Below, piece after piece: positions 41,757 to 54,076 of a stretch of 64,000 bases of DNA. Source of the DNA: Octopus vulgaris (taxonomy: Eukaryota); NCBI GenBank assembly GCA_951406725.2, contig OX597839.1:13454001-13518000 (forward strand). Direction: 5' to 3'. Within the stretch, counting starts at the first letter, position 1; every line of letters starts with the position of its first letter. The notes below the pieces were generated by a model. That model was not told where the DNA came from. It saw only the letters and a program-made list of their open reading frames with translations, and made no database searches. The position numbers were made by a program, and so were the translations under genes.

Positions 41757-43033
41757 CATTTGTGTATGTGATACAACAATCACAACAACAACAAGTGCAG
41801 AGAGACACAATGGTGCAATGACTGAAAATTCTAAATTCAATGGAAGTGATGAATGCTGAGATAAAAAAAAACCCAAAAAATGGAAAATAGAAAAAATACA
41901 TCAAGATGGGGGTGAAGTGATGGTGGGGTGAGGCAATGGTGGTGTGATTGTGGTGGTGGCAACGGCAGCGGCAGTGGTGGTTGTTGTTGCTGCGGTAGTT
42001 GGTGGTCTTGGTGGCAGTGGTGGTGATGGTGGTGGCAGCAGCGGTGGACATGGTGATGGTAGTAGTTGTGGTGGTGGTGGTGGAGTTGTGGTGATGATGT
42101 GGTTGTGGTTGTTGTTGTGGTGGTGTTGGTTGCTGTTGTTGTTGTGGTGGTGATGAAGGTTATGGTGGCTATGGAGGTGATGGTGGTAGTGGCTGTTGTG
42201 GTAGTGGTGGTGGTGGTGGTGCTGGTGGTGGTGCTGGTGGTGCTGGTGGTTGTCATCATGGTGATGTTGGTGGTGGTGGTGGTAGTGGTAGTCATGGTAG
42301 TAGTAGTGGTGATGGTGGTGGTGGAGTTGTGATGATGATGGTAGTGGTTGTTGTTGTGGTGGTGTTGGTTGCTGTTGTGCTGGTGGTGATGAAGTTTATG
42401 GTGGCTGTGGAAATTGTAGTGGTGCTGATGGTAGTAGTTTGTGGTGGTGGTGGTGGCAATGGTACATCATGGTGATGTTGGTGGTAGTGGTGGTCATGGT
42501 AGTAGTTGTGGTGGTGGTGGCAGTGGTAGTAGTGGTGGTGGCAGCGTCAGCGGTTCCGACGGTGACGGCGGTGGTGATTATGAAATGTAATGATGATGGA
42601 CAAATTGACTGGGATGGAATACCAGAAAATGCAGCAGCTTAAAGAGTTCCTGAAATCTAAAGAAAATTTCTAATAACAACAACAACAGCAACAACAACAC
42701 TAATAATAACAACAAAGGTTTCTTTTTGAAAACAGTAACAAGAAGAGAAAGAAATATGATTTCTAAAAATTATCATTATTATTATCGTTATCATCATCAT
42801 CATCATCATTATTATTATCATCATTATAATTTCTTCTTCTTCTTCTTCTTTTTCTTCTGCTTCTTCCATTATAAAACATAATAAAGTGTTTGTGAAGAAT
42901 TGTAAAGAATCATTAGAGTATTTTTAATATTTTATTCTACAGAATAAAAAGAGATGAAGACAGCGTTTTAATGTTGAAGTCTGTGTAAAACAGGATGACT
43001 ATAAATACGTGCATTGTGCATGCATGTGCGTGA

Positions 43034-43034
<1 letters not shown>

Positions 43035-43097
<63 letters not shown>

Positions 43098-43222
43098 ATA
43101 TATGTATATATATATATGTATGTATATATATATATGTATGTATATATATATATATGTATATATATATATGTATGTATATATATATATATATGTATGTATA
43201 TGTATATATATGTATGTATATG

Positions 43223-43255
<33 letters not shown>

Positions 43256-43537
43256 GTATATATATGTATGTATATATATATGTATATGTATATATATGTA
43301 TGTATATGTATATATATGTATGTATATGTATATATATGTATATATATGTATATATATGTATATATATGTATGTATATGTATATATATATGTATATATATG
43401 TGTGTATATATATGTATGTGTGTGTATGTATATATATATATATGTATATATATGTGTATATATATGTGTGTGTGTGTGTGTGTGTGGTGTGTATATGTAT
43501 ATATATATATATGTGTATATATATATGTGTGTGTGTG

Positions 43538-43636
<99 letters not shown>

Positions 43637-43663
43637 ATATATATATATATGTATATATATATG

Positions 43664-43695
<32 letters not shown>

Positions 43696-43700
43696 TATGT
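43035..43700. repeat. Compound (TA)n/(TATG)n microsatellite
   Basis: Directly visible. Confidence 0.95.
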
Positions 43701-44398
43701 ACATCAGCTGTATATGTATGATATTTAAATATAGATATGTATGTATGTATGCGCTTAGATTTAAAGGAATAACCACAATACAGGAAATAAAAGAATAAAT
43801 CTTGATCCTTATTGGAGCTTTTTTTAGTTCAAAGAAATAATTAGGTGGTGGTGGTGGAGGTGGTGGTGGTTTGGGGAGGTTGTGATAGTGGAAGTGATGG
43901 TAATGGTGGTGGTAATGATAATGGCGGTGATGATGATGAGAACGATGAGGATAATGATCATGATGATGTTCACGGTGATTGTAATTGTGGTAGTGGTGGT
44001 GGTGATGGCGGTGAAGCTGGAGGTTGTGATGATGTTGGTAGTGGGGGTGTGGGGTTGATGATTGTGATGGTAGTGAGAGTGGTGTTGGTGCTGGTACTGG
44101 TGGTATTGGTGATGATGATGAGGTGGGGGAGGAGGAGGGCAGCAATTATGATGATGATGATTGCAATGGTGGCAGTGGTAGTGGTGGTGGTGGTGGTGAT
44201 GAAGGCACTGAAAACTGGGGTTGGAGATTTGCAAGAGAGAAGATACAATAGAGAGAAAGAGAGAGACAGACAGACAGAAGCTAGAGAAGACAGAGTATAG
44301 TTAAAGAGAGGGAACAGTGGTTGTATGTGAGAGAGAGAAAGCCTTGTAAGTGGATTTGGTAGATGGAAACTGAAAGAAGCCCATCATATGTGTGTGTT

Positions 44399-44599
44399 TG
44401 TGTATATATAAAATAATTTTTGAATAATAAGATAAAAAACCAAGGCCGTGTAAATATCAGAGCATTTATAGATAGAAGGTCTTACAGCTGTTTCTAGGAT
44501 AAGATCCTAGAAACAGCTGTAAGACCTATCTATAAATGCTCTAATATATACACGGCCTTGATATTTTATCTTATTATGCAAAAAAATTCTTATATACAC
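44399..44599. mobile_element. Inverted pair of Penelope-like pLTR fragments (arms of about 100 bp, 3-nt spacer) inside a SINE microsatellite
   Basis: ...GGTCTTACAGCTGTTTCTAGGAT-AAG-ATCCTAGAAACAGCTGTAAGACC...; same family as 13318-13400. Confidence 0.65.
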
Positions 44600-45206
44600 A
44601 CGCTGATATAGAACCACTGTTGAACCCTTTATTCGCAATATTACCGAATCTGGAACTTAACTATAGTCTGTCTATAGCACTTATTCAGCATTACCTGACA
44701 CCTTTGGGTCTCAATGACACCATTATCTCTTATAACCTCAACTTCTTGCTATATGTATGTATATATATATATATATATGTATGCATGTGTATATTTATAT
44801 ATGTATATATTTGTGTGTCTGTGTTTGTCCCCCCACACAACCATTGCTTGACAACCAATGTTGGTATGTTTATGTCCCTGTACCTTAGCAGTTCAGCAAA
44901 AGGGACCATTAGAATAAGTACTTGGCTTACAAAGAATAAGTCCTGGGGTCAATTTGTTTGACTAAAGGCGGTGCTTCAACATGGTGGCAGTCAAATGACT
45001 GAAACAGGTAAAAGAATAAAAGAATATATATTTGGTGTTAGGAAGGGCATTCAGCTGTGGAAACCATGCCAAATCAGACTGGAGTCTGGTGCAGCCTTCC
45101 AGCTTACCAGCCTTAGTCAAACTATCCAACCCATGCCAGCATGGACAACGGATGTTAATTAATGATGACTATGCTGATGATGATGATGATATATATGTGT
45201 GTGTGT

Positions 45207-45577
45207 GGAGGTGCAGTGGCTAGGGCAGTGGACTCACAGTTGTAGGATCGCAGTTTCGATTCCCAGACCGGGCATTGTGAGTGTTTATTGAGCAAAAACA
45301 CCTAAAGCTCCATGAGGCTCTGGCAGGGGGTGGTGGCGAACCCTGCTGTCCTCTTTCACCACAACTTCCTCTCACTCTTTCTTCCTATTTCTGTTGTACC
45401 TGTATATCAAAGGGCCAGCATTGTCACACTGTGTCGCTCTGAATCTCCCCAAGAACTACATTAAAAGTACACATGTCTGTGGAGTGCTCAGCCACTTGCA
45501 TATTAATTTCACAAGCAGGCTGTTCCATTGATTGGATCAACTGGAACCCTTATCGTTGTAACCGACAGAGTGCCACA
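45207..45577 (+). mobile_element. SINE family C, near full length
   Basis: tRNA-like head with GTTTCGATTCC; body shared with 6305-6697. Confidence 0.8.
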
Positions 45578-45739
45578 ATATAATATATAACACACACACA
45601 CAATGGCCTTCTTTCAGTTTACATCTACCAAATCCATAGTGTTTCTACTATAGCTTCGGGCTGACCAAAGCCTTGTGAATGAATTTGGTAGACGGAAACT
45701 GAAAGAAGCCCGTCGTATATATATATATATATATATATA

Positions 45740-45931
45740 AGTAAAATTACATTTAATTCATTAATAGCGAAACAATTGTCCCAAAATAATCTGTATTTTT
45801 GTTATTTTTTATTTGCCCTGTCCGTGTGAGCTAACAATCGTACTGACTTTCATGGTAAACATGTATTTTCGTGGTTGAAACCTTTTGGATTAACTGGTGC
45901 TAGAGTGAGCAATATAGTGACCACTCTCTTA

Positions 45932-45940
<9 letters not shown>
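45740..45940 (+). mobile_element. (TA)n-flanked island with the 3' half of a minimal hammerhead, nested in a family A SINE
   Basis: GC-GAAA-C-AATT-G-TC at 45767-45780, with (TA)n on both sides. Confidence 0.45.
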
Positions 45941-45976
<36 letters not shown>

Positions 45977-46859
45977 ATATGTTTGTGTTTGTCCTCCCAC
46001 CATCGCTTGACAACCGATGCTGGTGTGTTAACGTCCCCGTAACATTAGCGGTTCGGCAAAAGAGACCAATAGTGTAAGTACTAGGCTTACAAAGAATAAG
46101 TCCTGGGGTCGATGTGCTCAACTAAAGGTGGTGGTCCAGCATGGCCACAGTCAAATGACTGAAACAATTAAAAGAGTATAATTTTTCTTAAATTTTCTTA
46201 TTTTGATTTTATATATATGTGTGTGTGTCTTTTACTTTTATCTTTTACTTGTTTAAGTCATTAGTCTGTGGCCCTGTTGGGACACTACCTTAAAGGGTTT
46301 AGTGAAACAAATTGACCCCAGTACTCTTTTTTGCTCAGCATGGTACTTATTCTATCAGTGTAGAGGCACATGGCTTAGTGGTTAGGGTATTGGACTCATG
46401 ATTGTAAGATTGTGGTTTCAATTTCTGGACCGGCCAATACATGTAATTGAGCAAAACACTTCATTTTGTGTTGCTCCAGTCCACTCAGCTGGCAAAAATG
46501 AGTAATTCTGCAAGGGACCGGCGTCCAGTCCAGGTAGGGAATATATACACCATAAAAACAGGAAACCAGCCCTTATGAGTTGCTATGACTCAAGAAGGTA
46601 ACTTTACCTTTTTTTTATTCTATCAGTCTCTTTTAGGGATGTAAACGAACCAACACTGGTTGCCAAGTGTGTGTGTGTGAGTGAGGTGGGGGCAAGCACA
46701 CACTCATGCAAGTAGATATACACAACAGGCTTCTTCAGTTTCTATCCACCAAATCTGTTCACAAGGCTCTGGTCAAACACAGGGCCACGCAGTGGGACTG
46801 AACACGGAACCATGTGGTTAGGAAGCAAACTTCCCACTGAGCAGCCATGCATGGACCTA

Positions 46860-49734
46860 TATCATCATCATCATCATCATCATCGTTTAACGTCCGTTTT
46901 CCATGCTAGCACGGGTTGGACGGTTCGACCGGGGTCTGGGAAGCCAGGGGCTGCTCCAGGCTCCAGTCTGATCTGGCAGAGTTTCTACGGCTGGATGCCC
47001 TTCCTAACGCCAACCACTCCGCGAGTGTAGTGGGTGCTTTTTACGTGCCACCTGCACAGGTGCCAGGGGGGGGGGGGGTCCGGCATCGTCCACGATCGGT
47101 TGGAGCTTTTAATGTGCCTGCGGCACGGAAGCCAACCAAGGCGGCGCTGGCAACATTCGGATGGTGCTTTTTATGTGCCACCGGCACAGAAGCCAGTCGG
47201 GGCAGAGCTGGCATCGGCCACGTTCGGATGGTGCTTTTTATGTGCCACCGGCACAGAAGCCAGTCGAGTCGGCGCTGGCTACGGCCACGTTCGGATGGTG
47301 CTTTTTATGTGCCACCGGCACAGGCATCACGACTACTATTTCCATTGATATTTATTTCGACGTTCATGTTCATGACTCAACAGGTCTCCTCAAGCACAGC
47401 AGGACGTTCTGGGATCCAGGGTACTTTGAATGGGCAGGGCCTATGCGGAACTGATGCAGGAAGCAGCCCGGGTCTTTGCAGTCACAGCATATCTCCAGAG
47501 ATCTCGGTCCTTCGCCATTGCCTCAGTGAGGCCCAACGCTCTGAGGTCATGCTTGACTACCTCATCCCATGTCTTCCTGGGTCTACCTCTCCCCCTGATA
47601 CCTTCAACTGTTTGGGAGAGGCACTTCTTCACACATCTCTCCTCATCCATCCGCAGTACATGACCATACCATCGCAAGCGTCGCTCTTGCACACTACATC
47701 TGATGCTTCTTATATCCAGCATTTCTCTCAGGGTGCTTACACTCTGTCGTGTGTGCACACTGACATTACACATCCAGCGGATCATGCTAGCTTCATTTCT
47801 TTCAAGTCTACGCATGTCCTCTGCAGTCACAGCCCATGTTTCATTACCGTGAAGCATGGCAGTTCGCACACATGCATCATACAATCTACCTTTCGCTCTG
47901 AGCGAGAGACCCTTTGTCGCCAGTAGGGGTAGGAGCTTTCTGAACTTTGCCCAGGCTATTCATATTCTAGTGGTGATACTCTCTGTGCATCCACCTCCAC
48001 TACTAACTTGGTCACCCAGGTAGCGGAAACTATCAACTACTTCTAGTTTCTCCCCCTGGAGTGTGATGGAATCTGTTTTCTGAGTGTCTGTGGTGTCTAT
48101 TGTCCCTGTGCATCTGCCGCACCTGAAAGCTATCTTATCAGTTAATTTCCCTTTAATGTTGCTGCACCTCTTATGCGTCCATAGCTTACATTGGGTGCAT
48201 CTTATGGAGTTTCTACCTACACCTTTCCTACAGATCGAGCAGAGCCACCTGCCCGAGGGTGTGTGTGCTGAGTTCGCCTTTCTGCTTACTATAACTTTGG
48301 TCTTTGCTACATTTACTCTAAGGCCCTTTGATTCTAACCCTTGCTTCCACACCCAAAATTTCTTTTCTAGTTCCGGTAGTGATTCTGCTATGAGAGCCAG
48401 GTCATCAGCATAGAGGAGCTCCCAGGGGCATTCTGTTTTGAATTCCTCTGTTATTGCCTGGAGGACTATGATGAACAAAAGGGGACTGAGGGCTGAGCCT
48501 TGGTGCACACCTACTTTTACCCAGAATTCTTCACTATATTCGTTGCCAATCCTAACCTTGCTGACAGCCTCTCTGTATAGAGCCTGTACAGCCCTTATTA
48601 GCCATTCGTCAATCTCCAGTTTCCGCATCGACCACCAGATAAGGGAACGGGGAACCCTGTCAAAGGCTTTCTCCAAGTCCACAAAAGCTATGTAGAGGGG
48701 TCTATCTTTAGCTAGGTACTTCTCCTGCAGTTGTCGGACCAGGAATATAGCATCAGTGGTGCTTCTACCCTGCACAAAACCGAACTGCATCTCATCTAAG
48801 CAAATTCTCTCCTTAATGAGATGGGTTATGACCCTCCCTGTGACCTTCATCACCTGATCCAACAGTTTAATACCCCTGTAGTTATTTCTATCTAGAGCAT
48901 CACCCTTACCTTTGTAGCAGTTGACTATGGTGCTGCTACGCCAGTCATTGGGTATGACTCCATTATGAACTACCTGGTTTACAATGCGGGTGACTAGGCC
49001 ATAGCCCACATAGCCAGCTGTTTTAAGCATCTCAGCAGTGATTCTTGATGGGCCGGGGGCTTTACCTGGTTTCATATCCTTAATTGCCTTAACTACAAGG
49101 GAGCTGTCTATTCGGGTAGCTGGTCCCTCTACTGGGTCAACATTTGGCAGGCTCTCCTCCTCCCATTCATTCTCCTCATTCAGCAGTCTTTCATAATGGC
49201 TTCTCCAAGCCTCTTTCTTTTCACCAACAGTAAAAGTAAGTGCCCCATCATCCATGCGGACACATTTCTCTCCTGTAACATCACTATTTTCTCTCACACA
49301 CTGTCTGGCAATCCGAAATACCTCAGCGCTTTGGTCCTCACGTCACTGGACATTGGCAAACTTCTTCTTTTCTGCTACATCTTTGGCTATGTATACCTGC
49401 TGCCCAGCCTCCCTTTTGGCTACCTGGTACAGTTCCCTGCTACCCCCATCCCTCCAGGCTTTCCAGGCCCGTCTCTTTGCACTAATGGCTTTGTCTGCTG
49501 CACTATTCCACCACCATGTAACTCTAGGTCTGGAAGGGACTTTGCACCATCCACAGACTCGGTCTGTGGCACTCAGCAAGCTGTCCCGTAGGAATTCCCA
49601 GCTACCTTCTATGTCCGACGTCTGAAGCTCCTCCTCCCTCTCATCAAATTTCTTGATGAGGATGTCCCTAAATCTCTGACCATGTGAAGGGTTCTTTAGC
49701 TTCCAAATCCTTCTTTTCTGGATTGGTTTGTTTC

Positions 49735-49735
<1 letters not shown>
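46860..49735 (-). mobile_element. 5'-truncated RTE LINE: RT domain, PHD-like finger, C-terminal region, modular 3' UTR and (GAT)n tail
   Basis: ORF 49297-47960 has KAPGPS, YKGKGD..NYRGIKLL, QFGF, AFVDLEKAFD, GVHQGSALSPLLF, LLYADDL and FRYLG. ORF 47884-47441 has RRLRWYGHVLRM and RGRPRKTW. Stops at 49343 and 47960 plus a later frame change indicate it is inactive. Confidence 0.97.
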
Positions 49736-49769
<34 letters not shown>

Positions 49770-49772
<3 letters not shown>

Positions 49773-50229
49773 TTTAAAGAATATATTTATATTTTAAAAG
49801 ATTATTTACATATATTTATTAATTAATTATTTTATTATTGTAGTTTATTTTTAACCTGATGTGTGGCTATATTTATATCGAAATGATTTTACTACTACTA
49901 TTAATTTTTTTTACTATAATCATTTCTTAAATATAGCCATGAAACACGTGTAATTATTCTACCAAATATAAACGTTTTATTTTATTATTTTGTACATTAC
50001 TTAATCATTGGTATATTATTGTTATTTTATATTTAATATTTCTATTATATGTAATTTTCTAGATGGTGTAATATAATTGTTCATTTTGAATTGATAAAAG
50101 GTGGTTTTTAAAAATTTTTAGATATATATTATATTTTGTGAAATTTGATTTAGTATTTCTAAATTGAATTTTTCCCTGTAAGTTGGGAATAAAATTCCCT
50201 CAAATTAATATTATTTTTATATATATATA
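49770..50229 (+). mobile_element. AT-rich (TA)n-flanked Penelope-like pLTR remnant with a mutated hammerhead core
   Basis: CTGATGT (49856-49862), 13-bp stem II GTGGCTATATTTA/TAAATATAGCCAT, inner helix GAAATGATT/AATCATTTC, then GAAA-C-ACGT-G-TA (49941-49952). No stem I. Confidence 0.6.
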
Positions 50230-50511
50230 ACAAGGAACCAGAAGTTGTGGTGATTTGCTGTACTTGAGAAGACGCATCAAAGTGAGTAAAATCGCAGTCA
50301 TCCATGCATACAGGTATGTCCTTTGCAGGTGGCATATAAAAAGCACCCAGTACACCCTGTAAAGTGGTTAGCATTAGAAAGGGCATCCAGCCATAGAAAC
50401 CAGGCCAAAATAAACAATTGGAATTTGGACAGCTCCTTGGCTGGTCAGCACCTGTCAAATTGTCTTACCCATGCCAGCATGGAAAACAGATGTTAGATGA
50501 TGATAATGATA

Positions 50512-50591
50512 ATAGATACATAGATGAACAGACAAATAGATAGATAGATACAAGATACATAGATAGATACAAGATAGACAGACAGACAGAC

Positions 50592-50624
<33 letters not shown>

Positions 50625-50641
50625 CAAGATAGATAGATATG

Positions 50642-50674
<33 letters not shown>

Positions 50675-50767
50675 TGAGATAGATAGATAGATAGATACAC
50701 ATAGATAGATAGATAGATACGAGATAGATAGATACAAGATAGATACAAGATAAATAGATAGATACAC

Positions 50768-50806
<39 letters not shown>

Positions 50807-50828
50807 CAAGATAAATAGATAGATACAC

Positions 50829-50866
<38 letters not shown>

Positions 50867-50978
50867 CTAAGATAGATACAAAATAGATAGATAGATACAA
50901 GATAGATACAAGATAAATAGATAGATCCAAGATAGATACAAGATAAATAGATAGATACACATAGATAGATAGATAGAT
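50512..50978. repeat. (GATA)n compound microsatellite
   Basis: Directly visible. Confidence 0.95.
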
Positions 50979-52240
50979 AACAAAGGCAAAAATGTATTCA
51001 ACAGAGGAATATAAACATTTAAAAGATGATATGAAATAAAATTATGCAAAATACATTTCTATGAAGACAAGAAAAAAGTTAGAGAAAACAACAGCAATTA
51101 ATGTGAAAACGAAGAAACCATTAAAATGTTCTCCAAAATACTCGAGAGAAACAGAAATAAAGATTTTAAGAAAAAAAAACCCCAACAAATCACCATTCAA
51201 CAGGGTAATAAAAAACACACACACACATACACACACACAAACACATGATGATAAGTTGGCATTATGGGAGTAAATGTGTTTAAAAGAGAAAGAAAAATGT
51301 TTAGTGACGTCATAGCCATTTGAAAATCTTTCTGGAAAGAGAAGAAGGTCTGAAGTAGGGATTGCTGGTTGAGGTGATGGTTTTGGGGTTTGCACTTAAT
51401 GTAGTGGTGCTTGGTTTTGTTATGGTGGTGATGGTGGTGGTGGCTGTGAAGGTGATGGTAGTGGTTGTTGTTGTTGTGGTGGTGGAGTTGTAGTGATGAT
51501 GGTAGTGGTTGTTGTGGTGATGTTGGTTGCTGTTGTTGTGCTGGTTATTGTTGTTGTTGTGGTGGTGGTGATGAAGGTTATGGTGGCTGTGGAGGTGATG
51601 GTGGTAGTGGATGTGGTGGTAGTGGTGGTGGTGGTGGTGGTAGTTATGGTGGTGGTAGTTGTGGTGGTGGTTGCAGTGGTTATGATGGAGGTGGTGGTAG
51701 TGGTTGATGTTGTAGTAGTGGCAGTGGTTACGGTGATGTTGTGATAGTGATGTTGGCATTTTCTGTGGTGGTGGTGGTGGTGTTGGTATGATGAGGGTGG
51801 TGGTGGTGGTACTAGTGGTGGTGTTGTCGTTGTTGTTGTTGGTGGTGGTTGTTGTAGTAGTGGCAGTGGTTACAGTGATGTTGTGATAGTGATGTTGATG
51901 CTGGCATTTTCTGTGGTGGTGGTGGTGATGGTGGTGGTGGTTATGGTAGTTCTGTTGGTGAGGTTGGAGGTGGGATGCAAGAAAAGTTTAATTGTGACGA
52001 ACATAAAGGAAAAGGGGTTCGTTTTAATGTGAAAATCGTTACAATGGATGCAGATATGATTTGTTTCTGCTTTCTTCTCTGGATTTCATTTTTTTTTTTC
52101 AGGATTTTACCATCTCTTGTTTGTCTCACCATTCTCTTCTGTTGCTTGGATCCTTTCTAAAATTCTTTCTGACTTTCTCATTTTCTTTTGTATTTTTGTC
52201 TTTTTTTTTTACCATTCTTCATCTTCTCTCTTTCTCTGTG

Positions 52241-52274
<34 letters not shown>

Positions 52275-52450
52275 GTATTATCAATATGTACATGAATGTG
52301 TTTACGTATGTACCTGTATATATGTGTGTGTGTCTGTGTATGTATGCATGTATGTATGTGTGTGTGTGTATATATATATATATATTTATACATATGTATA
52401 TATGTATGTTTATATATGTGTGTGTGTATGTATGAATATGAATATCTGTA

Positions 52451-52501
<51 letters not shown>

Positions 52502-52584
52502 TCATGTATGTATGTGTGTATGTACATATATATTTATACATATGTATGTATATGAATATCTGTGTATATATATATATATATATA

Positions 52585-53418
52585 TAGGGCATGATGGGTA
52601 AATTGTTGCCATTTTATATTTTAAAATTTGCACAAGCGCACTGCTTGCTTTTGATTTTGTCAACTACACAGTATTGTAGGGTCAACTGGGCACCATCTTT
52701 GAGAAAAACAGCACCATGATGCAATTCACTTTGCCAGAAATTTAGAAATGACATGCTATACTGCTTGGCATTCATGCCGGAAGCTTCAAAATGAATATTT
52801 CAGAGTGTTTAGGTGTAAAAATCAATCATCCAGACAACATCATGGTGTTTGGAGTGATCACTAGTGATAGCGACAGTATGCCTCCATTCATCTTCCCACA
52901 CGGCCTCAGACTCAACACAGAGGCCTACATCAATTGCCTGGAGGAGGTAATGCTGCCCTGGAAGATGATGGCTGCTGGAAGACACTGTGTCTGGCAACAG
53001 GATTCTGCACCATGCCACACAAGCAAGAGAACCCAGTCATGGCTGTCTCACAATTTCTGTGACCACACCACTCTTAACATCTGGCTACCTAGCTCCCCAG
53101 ATTGCAGCCCCCTTGTGTGGGACACAGTTGAGTGAGAGACCAACAAAACACTTTGTAACACCAAAGATGAATTGAAGGCAAGGATTATAGCAGCATTCAC
53201 CAACTTAAACAAGAAGACCATCTAGAAAGAGTTGCAGGAAATCCCAAAGTCTTCTAGAGGCCATGGTTGAAACCAATGGTGATTTTATTGAATAAATTTA
53301 CTCTTTAGTATTTCAAGATATTTTTATGTAATTTTGGTAAATATATCTATTAAAATGAGATGTCAGTGTTATTTTCATTTTTGTGTAATTTAGACAACAG
53401 TTTATTCACTGCACCCTG
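52585..53418 (+). mobile_element. Internally deleted Tc1/mariner-superfamily transposon, DD37D (maT)-like
   Basis: MVFGVITSD...YINCLEEVMLPW...VWQQDSAPCHTSKRTQSWL...WLPSSPDCSPL, with degenerate TIRs TAGGGCATGATGGGTAAATTG / CAGTTTATTCACTGCACCCTG. Confidence 0.8.
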
Positions 53419-53612
53419 CATATATATATATATATATATATAACATAAGGGACTAAAGCCATCTGAATATGGCTAGGGACAGGGCAGGGTGGTGGGGGTG
53501 TTACTGTTGCATTTAGCCCCAGGCGAACATCGACGTCGCCAGATAGGCCCGACACCATCACGGTGTCCTTTAACCTGCAAAGGGAGATAATTCCCCGATG
53601 AAGCGGAAACCA

Positions 53613-53658
53613 CACACGGACCATGGTTTCAAGGTGTATTGCCTATCGTCAACGTGTG
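53613..53658 (-). ncRNA. Second copy of the same hammerhead, in the inverted arm
   Basis: Exact reverse complement of 54031-54076. Confidence 0.75.
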
Positions 53659-54030
53659 ATAGGCCTCCGCTTCCTCGACGAAATCTCACTCTGCAGGATA
53701 TTCATATATAGATTTTCAAGCAAAATACATTTGCTGATTTCGAAAATCTGTTCGACAGCAATAATAATTCTCTAAAAGAGATATAGACAGTAACTGCTCG
53801 ATAACATAAGGCTAAATGCAACAGTAACACCCCCACCACCCTGCCCTGTCCCTAGCCATATTCAGATGGTTTTAGTCCCTTATGTTATCGAGCAGTTACT
53901 GTCTATATCTCTTTTAGAGAATTATTATTGCTGTCGAACAGATTTTCGAAATCAGCAAATGTATTTTGCTTGAAAATCTATATATGAATATCCTGCAGAG
54001 TGAGATTTCGTCGAGGAAGCGGAGGCCTAC

Positions 54031-54076
54031 CACACGTTGACGATAGGCAATACACCTTGAAACCATGGTCCGTGTG
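54031..54076 (+). ncRNA. Variant minimal type I hammerhead ribozyme
   Basis: Stem I CACACG/CGTGTG, core TTGACGA, stem II T-AGG-CAATACA-CCT-T, GAAA, stem III C-CATG-G. Cleavage triplet GTC, with the cut predicted after 54070. Confidence 0.75.

Noticed and set aside
46916-47926. 336-aa ORF on +
   Set aside because: It is the antisense shadow of the RTE 3' region.
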